The notes under the pieces: generated by a model
Told to the model about the DNA's origin: nothing
The model's input: the letters and a program-made list of their open reading frames with translations, nothing else
Databases searched by the model: none
Part shown: positions 24,001 through 36,485 of the stretch, one piece after another
Layout: each line of letters begins with the position of its first letter
Position numbering within the stretch: position 1 is the first letter of the stretch
Position numbers and translations under genes: made by a program
Assembly (NCBI RefSeq): GCF_032062105.1
Contig: NW_026939106.1
Location: 62,001 to 126,000 of the forward strand
Reading direction: 5' to 3'
DNA: 64,000 nt
Source of the DNA: Saccostrea cucullata
Taxonomy: Eukaryota

Positions 24001-27000
24001 TTGAATTGAGAAAAATGCTTCGATTGCTAATATGACCAAAAAGATTCATAATCAGCGATTTATGCATTGTCATATTATGTAATAATACAGGCAGCTTATC
24101 AATATTAATATTTGAAGACGTTTAAAAAGATCGGTATAAAGACACTGTAATACAGTCCACACACAGGTGCACGTGGTATTTGAACATTCAAGGACTATGT
24201 CATAAAAATCACACACACATTCCAATGTAGTATACAGAAGCTATCATATATAAAAATATCGTTGTTAAAAATTACACTTTCATGTTCATAAAAGTGAATT
24301 TGCAACATTGTATACTTGTAAAGGATATCTTGTTGTGACGGCTAACTTGAATATATCTTCCCCACAGCAAAGGTTATGTAGCGCCTGTCCGCATTTACCC
24401 GAAAGTCGATCCCTCTTCTGTGAGAAAAAAAGAATTGTAAAGTTCAAGTGTGACAACACTTCATATTTAGTTTTTAATTTGATAAAAAAACTATTTACCA
24501 ATTTTGCCCTTTGATGTCGTGACTTTAAATTTCTTGTGTAAAGCAACTCTGATTATTCAAATAACACGAAGTTGTGAAGTAGAGGCGTTATATATCGTCT
24601 TGAAAACCATGCCTTGGTTTGCAAATGATTTCCTATGAAGTACTTTTAATAATTGATTCGGCAAACAAAAGCTATCAGTAGTCATACCATATCGGAAACG
24701 GAATGCTAAGATGTTTTGACCACTTGACATATATTTTTCCTGAATTTGGTCTGCTTTTGAAATATAATATGACAGGTTTAATAATGTTCTGATATTTTCA
24801 TGAAGATGTTTTTACCCCCAAGTTTTTCTTCTTCAGTTTTTATTTTTTTTTTCATATACACATAATTTATATTAACAAAGTTAGAAAAGAAAGAGAAGAA
24901 TTAAGAGAAAATTATTGTTTTCCCGCCAGTCTCTCTGTTTTGTTGTTTTGTTGTCCCAGTGTCTGTACAAACAACCTGAACGAACTCTAAACATTGTTGT
25001 AAGGGAAACACGTGTTGTCATAACTCACAAAACGATCTTCCATTTCTCTTGGCATCTCCCGTGTATTATAAAGGTATTAAATGATTTCTATCAGAAAAAT
25101 GTCATTTTTCCCCTTCTTTCTTCTCATTGAAGTTGAAGTGAGGAATGGTATATATATGCCTCATTACACATCTTTGACTTTTAATGGGAGAACTAGGGAG
25201 TCGTCGTTATTTATTTTAAAAATATCACACGTGTACGAAATTAATCACGTGCCATTGATAATCCAATTTTTATAATGTTCCTGTCTGCTTAATCCAGACG
25301 CCCCATATTCACTGTTTTTACGCTTTTTTGCAGCACGGGTTAATTCATACTGGCAATGCAACATATTTTATTGAACCAATGCAGCAACCCAAAAATAATA
25401 CTGGTCATCTTCATGCCATATACCAACATGAACCAAGGACAGAAACTGACCTTGGTCATTCGGATCAAAGAGACACGTGTGGAAACAATGGTACTTGTAC
25501 AACTATTATCTCCAAATCTTTCAAAAAATGTCTTTCTTCCATTTCATTTTTTTGAATTTTGAGAACGTACTCTAAAACCATTATGACTCAGTTACAATAA
25601 TAAATCATAGAATCACTTTGTCAAGAATTTAAAGGCCATGAATAAAAAAATGAAGGGTTTTCATTGTTGTTTAGTATCAGCTTTTATAAAATGAAATCTG
25701 GCACATTCTTGTTTTCGTTCGTGCAAATTAGGCAATTAATTTTATGAACAACATGACTCCATTTTTGAAGATTAGACGATAAATTTTCCAAAAATGGCGA
25801 ATCTTTTCATTTGCGATAAATGTCCCTGATAAATAAAATCCGAAAATGAAATAGTAGTGAAAATGTCTGATAATGCTAATCTGTATTAAGAAAGAGAAAA
25901 AAATTAGAATCCAATATTTTGCAAGAAATAAAAACAGAGAAAGCAAACAAACAAAGGGAAAGATGGGAAGCTCATCATCAGCGGAAAAACGGACGAAACA
26001 GCAGACGACATAAACGATCTATCTCTGTGGAGCATCACGTGGAGACTTTAGTGGTTGTGGACCCGGATATGACGGAATATTACAAAAATGAAGACGTCAC
26101 AACTTACGTCCTTACCATTATGAACATGGTACGTTAGTAATCTAATGCATGCTTTATATAGTTTTATAATGGTGTATAAGGGGTAATCCAAATGGAGTAC
26201 TATACCTCACCCCAACCATTTAACACAACAACAAGCAACAACAGCAACCAAATTTCAATTAAAGCAACATTCAACAAGAGTTTATAATTGAAAGAAAAAT
26301 TCTGTTATCTTTAAATAATGGGGTGTCTTTTATATCGCTCTAGGTTTCTCAACTGTTTCACGATGCTTCACTTGGGAATGCCGTCAACATAGTGGTTGTC
26401 CGCATCATTTTACTGGAGGATCAACAGGTACACAGCCAAAACATATACTTACAATGTTCAGACGAATGTGTCTGGTACTGAATGTCAAACTAACAGGCCT
26501 TTTTATCTGTTTATCGTAAATGACCATTTTAAAATTCCAGAAATTGTGCATATATGTCACTTTTATTTGCTTGAGGTTTAATACCACAAAAAAGTTTTGC
26601 TCATTAAGGTCCAAATTATACTTTTTGTGTTCACGAAAATGGTTTAATGCTGTTATCATAAAGTTAACAAGTAATTTGAATTTAGGAAGGCCTTATAATA
26701 ACACATCATGCAGACAAATCGCTACGGAGTTTTTGCAAATGGCAGACAAAGATTAACATGAAAGAGGAGGACCATCCCAACCATCATGATGTGGCCATAC
26801 TTCTGACAAGGTCTTTAATTTTATAAAATTAAACAATGAATTATAAAAATCATAATAGAGCAAAATAAAGTAAAACAAGACTTATTGAGGAATCATAAAT
26901 GGTACGAATATGGATTAAAAACGATATTCTGGTTGCAGGAAAAATATCTGTGCTCGGATGAACAGGCCGTGTAACACACTAGGATTGGCTCAGACTTCCG

Positions 27001-30000
27001 GCATGTGTCAGCCACACCGTAGCTGCAGTATTAACGAGGACACGGGACTCTCTTTGGCCTACACAGTTGCTCATGAGCTAGGGCACAAGTAGGTTACACA
27101 AGCCTGGTTAGCAATTTGATGATGATATTTTCTTTTCCAACAATTTTATGCAAGCCTTGCTTTGGCTTAATCTCAAGTACAGCAAAGCAGAGCACGGGAA
27201 GGGCATGTATTTTTTCACGGGAAAGGTTATTAACTAAAGGTTATCGTTGAAGAAAGTACTAAATATTACAGCCAGGAAAGGGCACTGAATATCACTAAAG
27301 AAAGCACAACAAAGCACACTAAAACGTTAATCATAGCACAACACAATAAAATAAAAGTTTAATTTACAGGAGAATAGCAGGAAAGGGTTCTAAATCACAG
27401 TAAAGACAATTTTTTTAATCACAGGGAAGAGCAGTAAAATTTCAGACATGTTTGTTTTGCAGTTTTGGGATGAACCATGACAGTCGTAGGAATGGCTGTA
27501 AAACATCAAGCAAGGACCACTACCTTTACTTGATGCAGAATCAGCTGATGGCGGTCAGTCCATTGATGAAATGGTCAAACTGCAGCAAGCGAGCCATTAC
27601 CGAGTTCATTGAGTAAGTGTCACTGTTTAGGCCAAGTCTTACTAAGCTTTTATATACTGTGTTACAATGCTGTAATTTTTTCATTATCCTGTATCCAAAA
27701 CTACATCCAGATAACCTTCTTTGGTTCCCATGCACTTTACACTCTTATATACATGAAAAAATTATCGGGCAATCTAATGCAATGAAAATAAATATTTTTG
27801 CAATCTTGTGCAAAACATATGCATTTTTTATGTTTATGATCAAGCAGTTGTCTTAGTGCAAACGAACTGATTTCTAAAAATGAGGTTATCATTTTCTTTG
27901 GTACAGTCGAGGGTGGGGCTACTGTTTGGAGGATGAGCCTGCTAAGTACAGGGATACGGAGTACGAGTACCCAGTACTACCACCCGGTACCATGTATGAC
28001 GTCGAACATCAGTGCAGACTCGCTTACGGCCAAAACTCTTCTTTCTGTGGGGAAAAGGTACAAAAATTTCATACTATTCTTTTCCTAATATTTATTACAA
28101 ACTATCCGAAGCAAAACCCATCTCTTACTCCATGGCACCTGATCCCACCTCTGATAATTTTTAGAGGTCCGTTTTCGCTTTGCTCCCAGTTTGTACTACC
28201 CGGTATTTCAATAGCCCTTTGATTTTGAGTTTGTTATCATCATTTCATTTGATGTCTGGCAGATCACTACATGTGATTCAAGTACATCTAATATATACTT
28301 TTTTCCAAACTTCTCGAAGGAGGACATATGCAGCACACTTTGGTGCCGAATGGACAACAAATGTTCTACAAGACTGGAGGCAGCTGCCGAAGGAACAATA
28401 TGTGGACCAAATAAGGTAATGCATACATACAAGTACATTTTTGTCCATGCTAAATACATGTACGTCTGAACTTCGCTATCTCAAACACTGATATTTCGAA
28501 TACGGGTATAATGGATATGCGGCAGTGCTTTGAAAGACCAAACCACTCATTCTTTTACTTTTTTACCCATGATTTCTCGAATACTCGGGCACCTCAAAGT
28601 TTTTTCTCAGTCTTATCGAGTTCGACATAACTAGGTTTGACTGTATTTGAAACAATTGCTACATCTATCCATGGAGATTTAAATATAGTATAAAAAGTAT
28701 TTTTATCAATTTGCAGTGGTGTTTCAATGAACAATGCGTGGAAATCGGCGACAGACCGGAATCTATCAATGGAAATTGGGGCGAGTGGAGTAGCTGGTCC
28801 ACGTGTTCCAGAACCTGCGGTGCCGGAGTTTCTGCGCGGGAACGTCACTGCGATAACCCAAGGTATGTTTTAAACAAAGATCAAAACCTCTCGAAGTTGT
28901 ACTGTGGCTTTTTATTGCATTACATCATCAGATTTGTTTGGGTTAAACGTTGATTGAGTTTATCTGGTATTATTGAACACCTGTTAATGTGAATTCAAGA
29001 TCGTTTTTGCAAGGGATGAAAACTCAGGCACTGAGGGATCAAATGAAGACGGGCTACACTTTGAAAAAAAATTGTAGCGAAAACATTCTGATATATCTTG
29101 CTTTATTTTTCAGACCTGCTAACGGAGGAAAATATTGCATTGGGGAAAGAAAAAGATACAGGATATGCAACACTGAGGTATCGAAAACATCTTAATGCTT
29201 TTTGCTAGCTTCCTCCCGACAAGACGCGGATCTATTTTTCATAATAGCCTTCGATGCATAAAATTTTATCTTTTTGTTTTCTTGGCAATTATTACAATTT
29301 TCCCATTGAGTTGGTGTCCTCTGGCTACATGTAATCAAGACTTAATTAACACAATCTTAAAAACAGCGCGATAATCAGGGGTCGCTGGGCAGACATCTTT
29401 TTGTTGCTGGATATATTTAGTAACATCCATTATGTTTGTCGCGATTCTGCCAAAATCTTTCACCGTTTGAAGTGATTAAGATATTGTACATAAGAAAATC
29501 CGACTTTGATTGAAAACCTTACGCATATTAATGCGAAAATCATGAATAATCTTTCAATATATCTTAAATCAAATTTTATTTACCTTAATATAAATTGGAT
29601 TCAATTTCTTTTTATCAATCTGATAACTTTGCTTTTTCTTGCATTTTAAAGGCATGCCCGGAAAATAGCCTGAGCTTTCAGGAGGTTCAATGTGATGAGT
29701 TCAACTACATACCCTATCAAAATGGGCTTTATGAATGGCAACACGTCCCGACACCAAGTAGGTCTCAGTATTCACATGTTTTCATTTTACAAACATATTT
29801 TTTGATGGATGGGGTCGGTTTGACATTCTAGACGAATTATTATTTTCAGTTCACTTAAAATACATCCCCCGTGGCCAGCAAATAAAACCTTTTGAAAAAA
29901 AAAACTGAACCTTATTCATAAAGCAAATATTTGCATTTTTGATATTTTTACTAACATATGCTTCTTTGGTATTTTGAACTACCTGCGTTAGATTAATTGG

Positions 30001-33000
30001 GGGAGATTAGTTGATACGAACATTTGTCAGAAAGTCAAAGAGTCAAAGAACTCTTAAAATAAAAGTACATTGCTCTTGATGAATTCAAAAGAATTTTCAT
30101 GGACAGAATAAACACTGTATGTTCAAAATGATGTTGCTATCACTAATACTAGTACTTTAAATCGTTATTTTCGTGTATTGATACCTATACATGTAAATTT
30201 TAAATCTTTAAATTTTATTTCAATCAAATCAAGGTATCAAATAAAACCTCCTGGATAAGTCCAATGTATCAAAACTAAAAGATAAGGTCTGAAAAAATAG
30301 TACCATGCAGTTGAGTTGTACATACAGTTCACAATATTCAATTGCCACCTAGGTACATTACCTAAAAAGAGAGATATGCATAATAAAAATTTCAGTAAAT
30401 TTGTTTTCGTTTCTTTTGAGTAAAAACAACATTTTAAATTAGAATGTTAAATTTTTGCGTCTCCCAATTAATTATGTAGCGGAAATGTAAGAGTTCATGT
30501 TTGTAAACAACTTTCAGAGGAAAACCTTGTATTAGAGCTTTAAGGTGACACCCTTTTTATGGAAAACTTAACACGGCATGTGTGATTCTGACATATTTAG
30601 TACTTCAAACTTTTATTGGTCATGAATTAACCTCAGGCCACAAAAAGCCTTTTGCAAGTCCTTACATCTCAAATTGATCTCGTAAATTATATTATAAATG
30701 TCAAAATATACCTCGTTCCTTATCCCGTTAACATGGAATTGCACCTCCTGAGAGTGTACTTTAATAATCCAATGTGTAATCTGTCAAAAAGTTGGCCAGA
30801 TAAATGATATGGTAAATAGACGAAATACCTAATTTTGGTGTGGGATGAATATTCTTGATATTAAGGAATCTGTACATACTGGACACTAAAGAGTTCTAAT
30901 AATTGTAGAGTACTTTCTTGTACAGTTAAAATATAATTAGAGTGATATGCCCTTAGATGTAAGTTGAAAATAAACAAGAACCTTTAGTTAATGACAACTT
31001 TTTACAATAAAATAATATGCCAAAATGGCGGTAATTAATACACCGCTTATGAACTAAATAAAGCAACAAAAATAAAACGAAGTTTTATCTATATAAAATA
31101 AACATTAGTAGTAATGACTTTGGGAATTTGGGAATATAACAGATACTAATATCCATTCTTAGGTTGAAAATGAGATTCAATAACTAATTAAAGTATACTT
31201 TTATTTATGATCTAAAAGTCGAAAACATTTTTCTTTTGTGTTTAGAGCTTCCTTAACCTCCGTTTTTTTAACGAAACAAACATATCTGCATATTTATTAC
31301 CTCTTTCGTTACTCATGCTGCTACGTACAATTTCAGGAACTCCGTGTCAATTGCATTGTAAACCGGAAAACAAGTTTTTCTCTGTCATGATGAAAGACAT
31401 CGTTACTGACGGGACGCCATGTATGGCGGGCACTAGAAACTTATGCATCAGCGGAAGATGTCGGGTATGATTCAGCTTTCAATGATACCTATCCATCAAC
31501 AAAAAAAAAAAATAATGGCCGTTTCGTGCACAAAACACTAGCTAGCAAATAAAAGCCTAGACATTTCAGCATAAGTTGCATTTTGTGCATCAAAGTTTTT
31601 ATATCCTGACATGATAATCAAGGTTTTTATCACTATCTTTTTTTTCAAGTCTTTCTGTTTATTTATAAGCCGTTTGTTGATATCTTTTGCTATCTATTTC
31701 AGCATATTGGATGCGACTGGGGAATAGACTCCACAGCGAAAGAAGATAGATGCGGCGTCTGTCATGGCGACGGATCAACTTGCGAGACGATAAAAGACCA
31801 ATATAATGAAACACAAGGAATGGGTGTGTGGCAATTTTCCGTCTCTTCATGAATAAAAAGCATTGTACTAAAAGATATCCTATCTTTTATATACGTATTA
31901 AATTTGTCATTTAACTTGATCTTTCTTGAAAGAAGAATATTTTATTGAAATTTAATCAGGTTATGTTGAGGCAACTGTAATACCAAAGGATGCTCGTAAC
32001 ATACGTGTGGAGGAGGTTGCTGGAGTAGACAACTATTTGGCTCTTCAGAACGATAAGGGTCAATACTACCTGAATGGTCACTGGTTCATTCAGTGGTCTG
32101 GAGACTATAACATTGCAGGCACAGTTGTGCAATACAATCGTCAGGGTAACAGAGACAAATTTGAAGCTGTTGGACCAATCACAGAACCGCTTCATATCAT
32201 GGTACATGTAGTATAAGATTACAATGTAGTTATCAATAATGTAATCGTGTATTCGAGTAAAAATCTTTGTCATTCGTTCAGTTTCCTGAGTGTTCGCATT
32301 GTATTCAATTTTCCAGCTCTTACTGCAAACACGGAACCCTGGTGTTGTGTTTGAATACACTGTTCCCAAAGAAAATGCTACAGATACTAGACCCCGTGAA
32401 TTCCAGTGGACCTACATGGATTGGACACATTGTACCTCGTCTTGTGGATCAGGTAATTCATAGTTTCTTAATGACTGTATGAATACATTCGCAACTGGGT
32501 TCGATTTACCTTCCTTCTCATTCCATTTGTGTTTGCTAAATTTAGGTACACAGAGAGCTATTGTTGTTTGTTCCGAGAAAGAAGATGGACAAGTTGATGA
32601 TGTTTACTGTAATAAAACACACAAACCTGATGACTTGCAAAGGGTTTGCAACGTCCATCTCTGTCCAGCAAGGTAAATATACAGACAGTTAGAATTATTA
32701 TAACTATAACAATATTTCTGAGATACATTGGAATTTTCTTTCATTTCAAATTTCCGATTTATTTTCTTTCCAGATGGTGGGCAGGGCCTTGGCAACACTG
32801 TTCCGTTACTTGTGGCAAGAATGGCGTCCACAAGAGGACTGTCATATGCGTGCGCAGCTTAGGGAATGAGGAACAGATAGCCCTGGAAGATAAATCATGC
32901 GGTGGAGAAGAAAAGCCAACAGAAGTTGAGGCATGTCACCACAAAGACCTATGTCCAGGCACTGGCGAATGGGAAGTAGGAGAATGGACGCCTGTACGTT

Positions 33001-35126
33001 GTTTTAATTTATAATTTCTTTTGCAATTTGTGTTGGAAGTGAAGTTTAATATACTATTTTTATTGCTATTGTCCTTTTTTCAGTGTGATAGCAATCCATG
33101 TTCATCACAGACTCGAGAAGTTAAATGTTCATTGCCAAGCATTGGTTGCGACAAAACCCCAATTCCAGCTCAAAAACGTCAGTGTTCTGATGTAATTTGT
33201 GAAAAGTGGACATTTGGAAACTGGTCTGAGGTTAGAAATTTTTGAAAGGAAAATATTGTAGAAGACATGAAAATTTCTAATGTATTTTAACCTTTTTCAT
33301 TCATTCCATTCTTTCTTTTTAGTGTTCTGTTACTTGTGGATTTGGGGTTCGCTTGAGGAATGTCACGTGTCCTGAAACTAAAACGTGTGATGCAACACAG
33401 AAGCCAGAAGAATCAGAAGTTTGTGATATTCTGGACTGTCCAACCGCTCCTTCCACAAAAATGGTTATAGATCTTATTGACATTCCAGAGGAATCAGCCG
33501 ATGGTGGATACGAAAGAAAAGAGTTTATTGAAAATGATCGCATTATACAGGGAATATCGACAACGATTTCATCCACCACTGAAGAATCCTCAAAAACATC
33601 TCCAACAACAAAGCTTGATGACGAAAGGGGGGTTATCAAGGGTCCAGTCTTGGTCACTGAGGTAACCGAGCATATTCCTCGCCAGTTTTTGGATATCAAA
33701 GAAGGTGGTTCTGATGTTATCGTTGATAATCAAGATATTCAGCAGCCAACGCCGTCGGTGGACAATCATAAAATTCAGGGTGATAACTTGCTAAGCAAAA
33801 AAGTACCTCCACCAATATCCGATTTTACACAACACAAACAAAGTTTTGGTCAAACAAAAATTGATGGGAGAAAGATACTGCCTCCTAACGTTGATATGGA
33901 TAAAATTGCTAATATTCCACATCTACCAGACATGAAAAAGCTGCGTCCATTACTAAAGCTACCCTCATTGCCAAACATTTCCGGTCATCCAAGGAGACGT
34001 ATTAGTCCCAATACCATCATCATTCCTTCAGTTTTTGAGTGGGTTCCAAAGACGTGGAATCCGGTAGGTTTGACACCCGTGTTTTTTTTTAACTATATCG
34101 CAATTTGCTTTGCAGATCCACACATATTTTAACTTTATAATCATTATTTTTGTACAGTGCTCTCGAAAGTGTGGTGGTGGAATTCAAACACGTGCAATTG
34201 GTTGTGTTGACTCCAAATCAGGTCAGGAAACAGAGGAACATAATTGTAACATACTGACAAAGATGGATACAATTCGTCCCTGTAATACACAACAATGTTC
34301 AACGTGGCAAACGTCCATATGGAGTCAGGTACTTTTTCACCTTCTTGGTTCACTAAAAAATGCCTTGCAAACTTTATTTTTCTTTGCAAATGCCCATTAC
34401 TGAAATTGATATATTTTACAGTGTTCTGCCACCTGTGGAGAAGCGGTTCAAATCCGCGATGTGGTTTGTTCCGAGAATTTGGACTGTGATCCGGACCAGA
34501 AACCAGTAAACATTCAACCCTGTGTACTTCCAAAATGTCTGGCATGGAAACATGGTCCCTGGAATACGGTAAAATTTCCTATCATAGAATTTATTCTGAA
34601 GACGGATTTTTTTACTCTGACGGAATTTTGATTTTCTTGTTGAGTTTGCAAATAAACGCTCTTTTGATTTTGTTAATAATTTGCTGAAAATATAAAATTC
34701 TTTGATTCCTTTTTAGTGCTCTAAAACGTGTGGCAAAGGAGAGCAAATAAGAGCAGTGCAGTGTATAAATATGACATCAGAGACAATAGCCACCGATTGT
34801 GACATGTCGCAAAAACCAGCAGAAGTACAGTCCTGCAATCCAGATGCATGCCCACGTAGACATTCAGGTATAATGAAAATTTTATTATGAAATAGTCTGT
34901 TTTGCTTGTTTTTTCCTCCTTTTATCGATTTTTCAATGACATTCTTTATTTTACAGAGCTAAAAACATCAAGATGTAAAAGAAACAGATTAAACTATAGA
35001 GTTTGTCGTAAATTACGAGAACGAGGCCAATGTGCACGTGTATATGTTAGAGTAAACTGTTGCAGAACGTGTGAAATGAATAGATATCGGACAAGATGGC
35101 GACCTAGAAGAAGACAAGCACGGTAG
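20912..35126 (+). CDS. ADAMTS7/12-like: ADAMTS7/12-like metalloprotease, complete 25-exon gene (~1464-1474 aa)
   Basis: Signal peptide, prodomain, furin site RHKR|SIS, zinc motif HELGHNFGMNHD, disintegrin-like domain, TSR1, Cys-rich, spacer, 4 TSR, mucin-like insert, 3 TSR, PLAC. MNRPCxTLGL, [17 protein letters not shown] and DRGWGxCL match ADAMTS7/12 as I recall them. All 24 introns are GT-AG with compatible phases. Confidence 0.93.
22429..22796 (+). CDS. ADAMTS exon 2 (prodomain)
   Basis: TTTACAG acceptor; [23 protein letters not shown]; donor GTAAGT. Confidence 0.92.
25334..25490 (+). CDS. ADAMTS exon 3 (prodomain)
   Basis: TTGCAG acceptor; [23 protein letters not shown]; phase 1 donor. 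Confidence 0.9.
25938..26128 (+). CDS. ADAMTS exon 4 (furin site, start of catalytic domain); acceptor ambiguous (25908/25926/25938)
   Basis: [31 protein letters not shown]; donor GTACGT. Confidence 0.85.
26344..26427 (+). CDS. ADAMTS exon 5
   Basis: [28 protein letters not shown]. Confidence 0.92.
26686..26810 (+). CDS. ADAMTS exon 6
   Basis: [33 protein letters not shown]. Confidence 0.92.
26939..27088 (+). CDS. ADAMTS exon 7 (HExxH)
   Basis: [49 protein letters not shown]. Confidence 0.95.
27463..27612 (+). CDS. ADAMTS exon 8 (third zinc His, Met-turn)
   Basis: [26 protein letters not shown]. Confidence 0.93.
27907..28057 (+). CDS. ADAMTS exon 9
   Basis: [29 protein letters not shown]. 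Confidence 0.93.
28123..28187 (+). mobile_element. Penelope-like element 3'-end fragment in ADAMTS intron 9
   Basis: GGCACCTGATCCCACCTCTG..GAGGTCCGT is shared with the RT-bearing relic at 52994-53513 and with 50195-50295 and 63258-63330. Confidence 0.55.
28320..28415 (+). CDS. ADAMTS exon 10 (disintegrin-like); tandem AAG/GAG acceptor, may start at 28323
   Basis: [32 protein letters not shown]. Confidence 0.9.
28463..28643. mobile_element. Degraded Tc1/mariner-type MITE in ADAMTS intron 10
   Basis: Right end AGGTTTGACTG|TA, degenerate left end, internal ATxTCGAA repeats. Confidence 0.55.
28717..28862 (+). CDS. ADAMTS exon 11 (central TSR1)
   Basis: [39 protein letters not shown]. Confidence 0.95.
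29114..29177 (+). CDS. ADAMTS exon 12
   Basis: [21 protein letters not shown]. Confidence 0.93.
29652..29757 (+). CDS. ADAMTS exon 13 (Cys-rich)
   Basis: [22 protein letters not shown]. Confidence 0.92.
31337..31464 (+). CDS. ADAMTS exon 14 (Cys-rich)
   Basis: [23 protein letters not shown]. Confidence 0.93.
31703..31823 (+). CDS. ADAMTS exon 15
   Basis: [27 protein letters not shown]. Confidence 0.94.
31960..32201 (+). CDS. ADAMTS exon 16 (spacer)
   Basis: [38 protein letters not shown]. Confidence 0.94.
32317..32452 (+). CDS. ADAMTS exon 17
   Basis: [32 protein letters not shown]. Confidence 0.93.
32546..32672 (+). CDS. ADAMTS exon 18 (TSR2)
   Basis: [29 protein letters not shown]. 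Confidence 0.92.
32774..32993 (+). CDS. ADAMTS exon 19 (TSR3)
   Basis: [22 protein letters not shown]. Confidence 0.93.
33084..33230 (+). CDS. ADAMTS exon 20 (degenerate TSR4)
   Basis: [23 protein letters not shown]. Confidence 0.88.
33323..34063 (+). CDS. ADAMTS exon 21 (TSR5 plus mucin-like insert)
   Basis: [16 protein letters not shown].., ~200-aa Cys-free T/S/P/D/E-rich stretch, [10 protein letters not shown]; 741 bp, phase 0/0. Confidence 0.9.
34158..34328 (+). CDS. ADAMTS exon 22 (TSR6)
   Basis: [24 protein letters not shown]. Confidence 0.92.
34422..34568 (+). CDS. ADAMTS exon 23 (TSR7)
   Basis: [24 protein letters not shown]. Confidence 0.92.
34717..34867 (+). CDS. ADAMTS exon 24 (TSR8)
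   Basis: [23 protein letters not shown]. Confidence 0.92.
34957..35126 (+). CDS. ADAMTS exon 25 (PLAC domain, stop)
   Basis: Six-Cys pattern ending CCRTC; TAG at 35124-35126. Confidence 0.9.
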
Positions 35127-35610
35127 AGGCTGGAGTGTTTAGTTTAGAACCAATTACAAAGGCAGTGGTCCGGAAGGAAACTCACGCACAAAATTAGGAT
35201 TTCCTCCTACAATGGAACCGGACATTGTGTTCAGTACCTTGGAGGACAAATTAAACCTGTTTCAGTATTCAAGTCTGCTGAAATCCATTAATGTTTTTGC
35301 TTGTTACGTCAGAATCATTCCCATAATTCCATGTTTTATTACAGATCGTTTTGTTTCATGTTTGACATCTCTAATTTGTACCAATGAATTAGAAGGATAT
35401 AGTGTGTGTGTAATGTTTTTTAGCTAGAAGATGCGACTGATGAAGAGTCTTGTGATACTCTTTATACAAATGTAATTGCTTTATACTCAGTAACCATTTT
35501 TGTATATATGAAGTATACAATGCTTAAAACTATTTTGAAGATATTTATTTATATTATACAATTAATGTTTTGTGTACAATCCCGTTGTTTTACAACTTTA
35601 AATGATACTC

Positions 35611-35616
35611 AATAAA
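35611..35616 (+). terminator. Candidate ADAMTS polyadenylation signal
   Basis: First AATAAA I found downstream of the stop codon, followed by GT-rich sequence. Confidence 0.5.
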
Positions 35617-36430
35617 TACAATACTAAAATCACAGGACGTCTGTGTTTAGTTTCTAAACAAGTTGTACGAGCTCTTTACTTGGCTTGGTAACAAAACCAA
35701 CGTCAATGAAACTTTAACCCCAATCCCCACCCCCGCCCCCCAATAAAAAAAATGTCACTAGCCTTAAAATTGTAAACAAAACCAACGTATGCAATAAAAA
35801 AAACCAACAGAAAAATCTCTAGCAAAGAAAAAATAAAACTACTTTGTATATAACAATCATTTTTCGACCATTCAAAAAAATAGTTACTTTACTGTACTAC
35901 CAACAAGATTGAATGAATTTCTGGAATTTAATTTTGCTATAAAATTCAGTTATGATATTTCTGAAAGTAACTTAAATGTTGATTATCAATAAAATAAGAT
36001 TATGCATTGATTGTCATCAGTAGAATGATTGCTCTATTTTGTGGCATAGTACTTTCTAAGAAATCAAAATTCCTTATACAGGACATCAATTATCAATTTG
36101 CTTCAGTCGAAGTTTTGCATCAATTCTTCTGTCATTAAAATAGAAAATCAAATTTTATAACGAAACTGTCCGACACAAAAATTGAAGCTCTTAGCTACAG
36201 GTTAGTACATCATTTGAATATTTCTAGCATATCTTAGATAAACTTAAGGTAAAAATCGGTTATAAAGAAATCGCTTACAAGGAAATTTTGGCTAAGAGGA
36301 ACATTTTACAAATTTTATTTCTAGATCCCTAAATGCGGATATATATATATAAATACTGGTACAAAAGGACGAAAAATTAAGTACCCACTGGCTTCCTTAT
36401 AACCAAGGTTTACTACTGTATAATCAATAT

Positions 36431-36436
36431 TTTATT
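36431..36436 (-). terminator. Candidate URAD polyadenylation signal
   Basis: AATAAA on the minus strand ~50 nt after the stop. Confidence 0.5.
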
Positions 36437-36485
36437 ATGTGGAACGTTTGGAAGCACAGTCCTCTCCAAAGACATTACTTATTTT

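Noticed and set aside
27180-27440. Repeated CA(C)GG(G)AAAGGG motifs in the intron that splits the zinc-binding motif
   Set aside because: Looks like an ordinary decayed minisatellite; no evidence of function.
31956-34545. Minus-strand ORFs of 126-137 aa
   Set aside because: Antisense shadows of ADAMTS exons.
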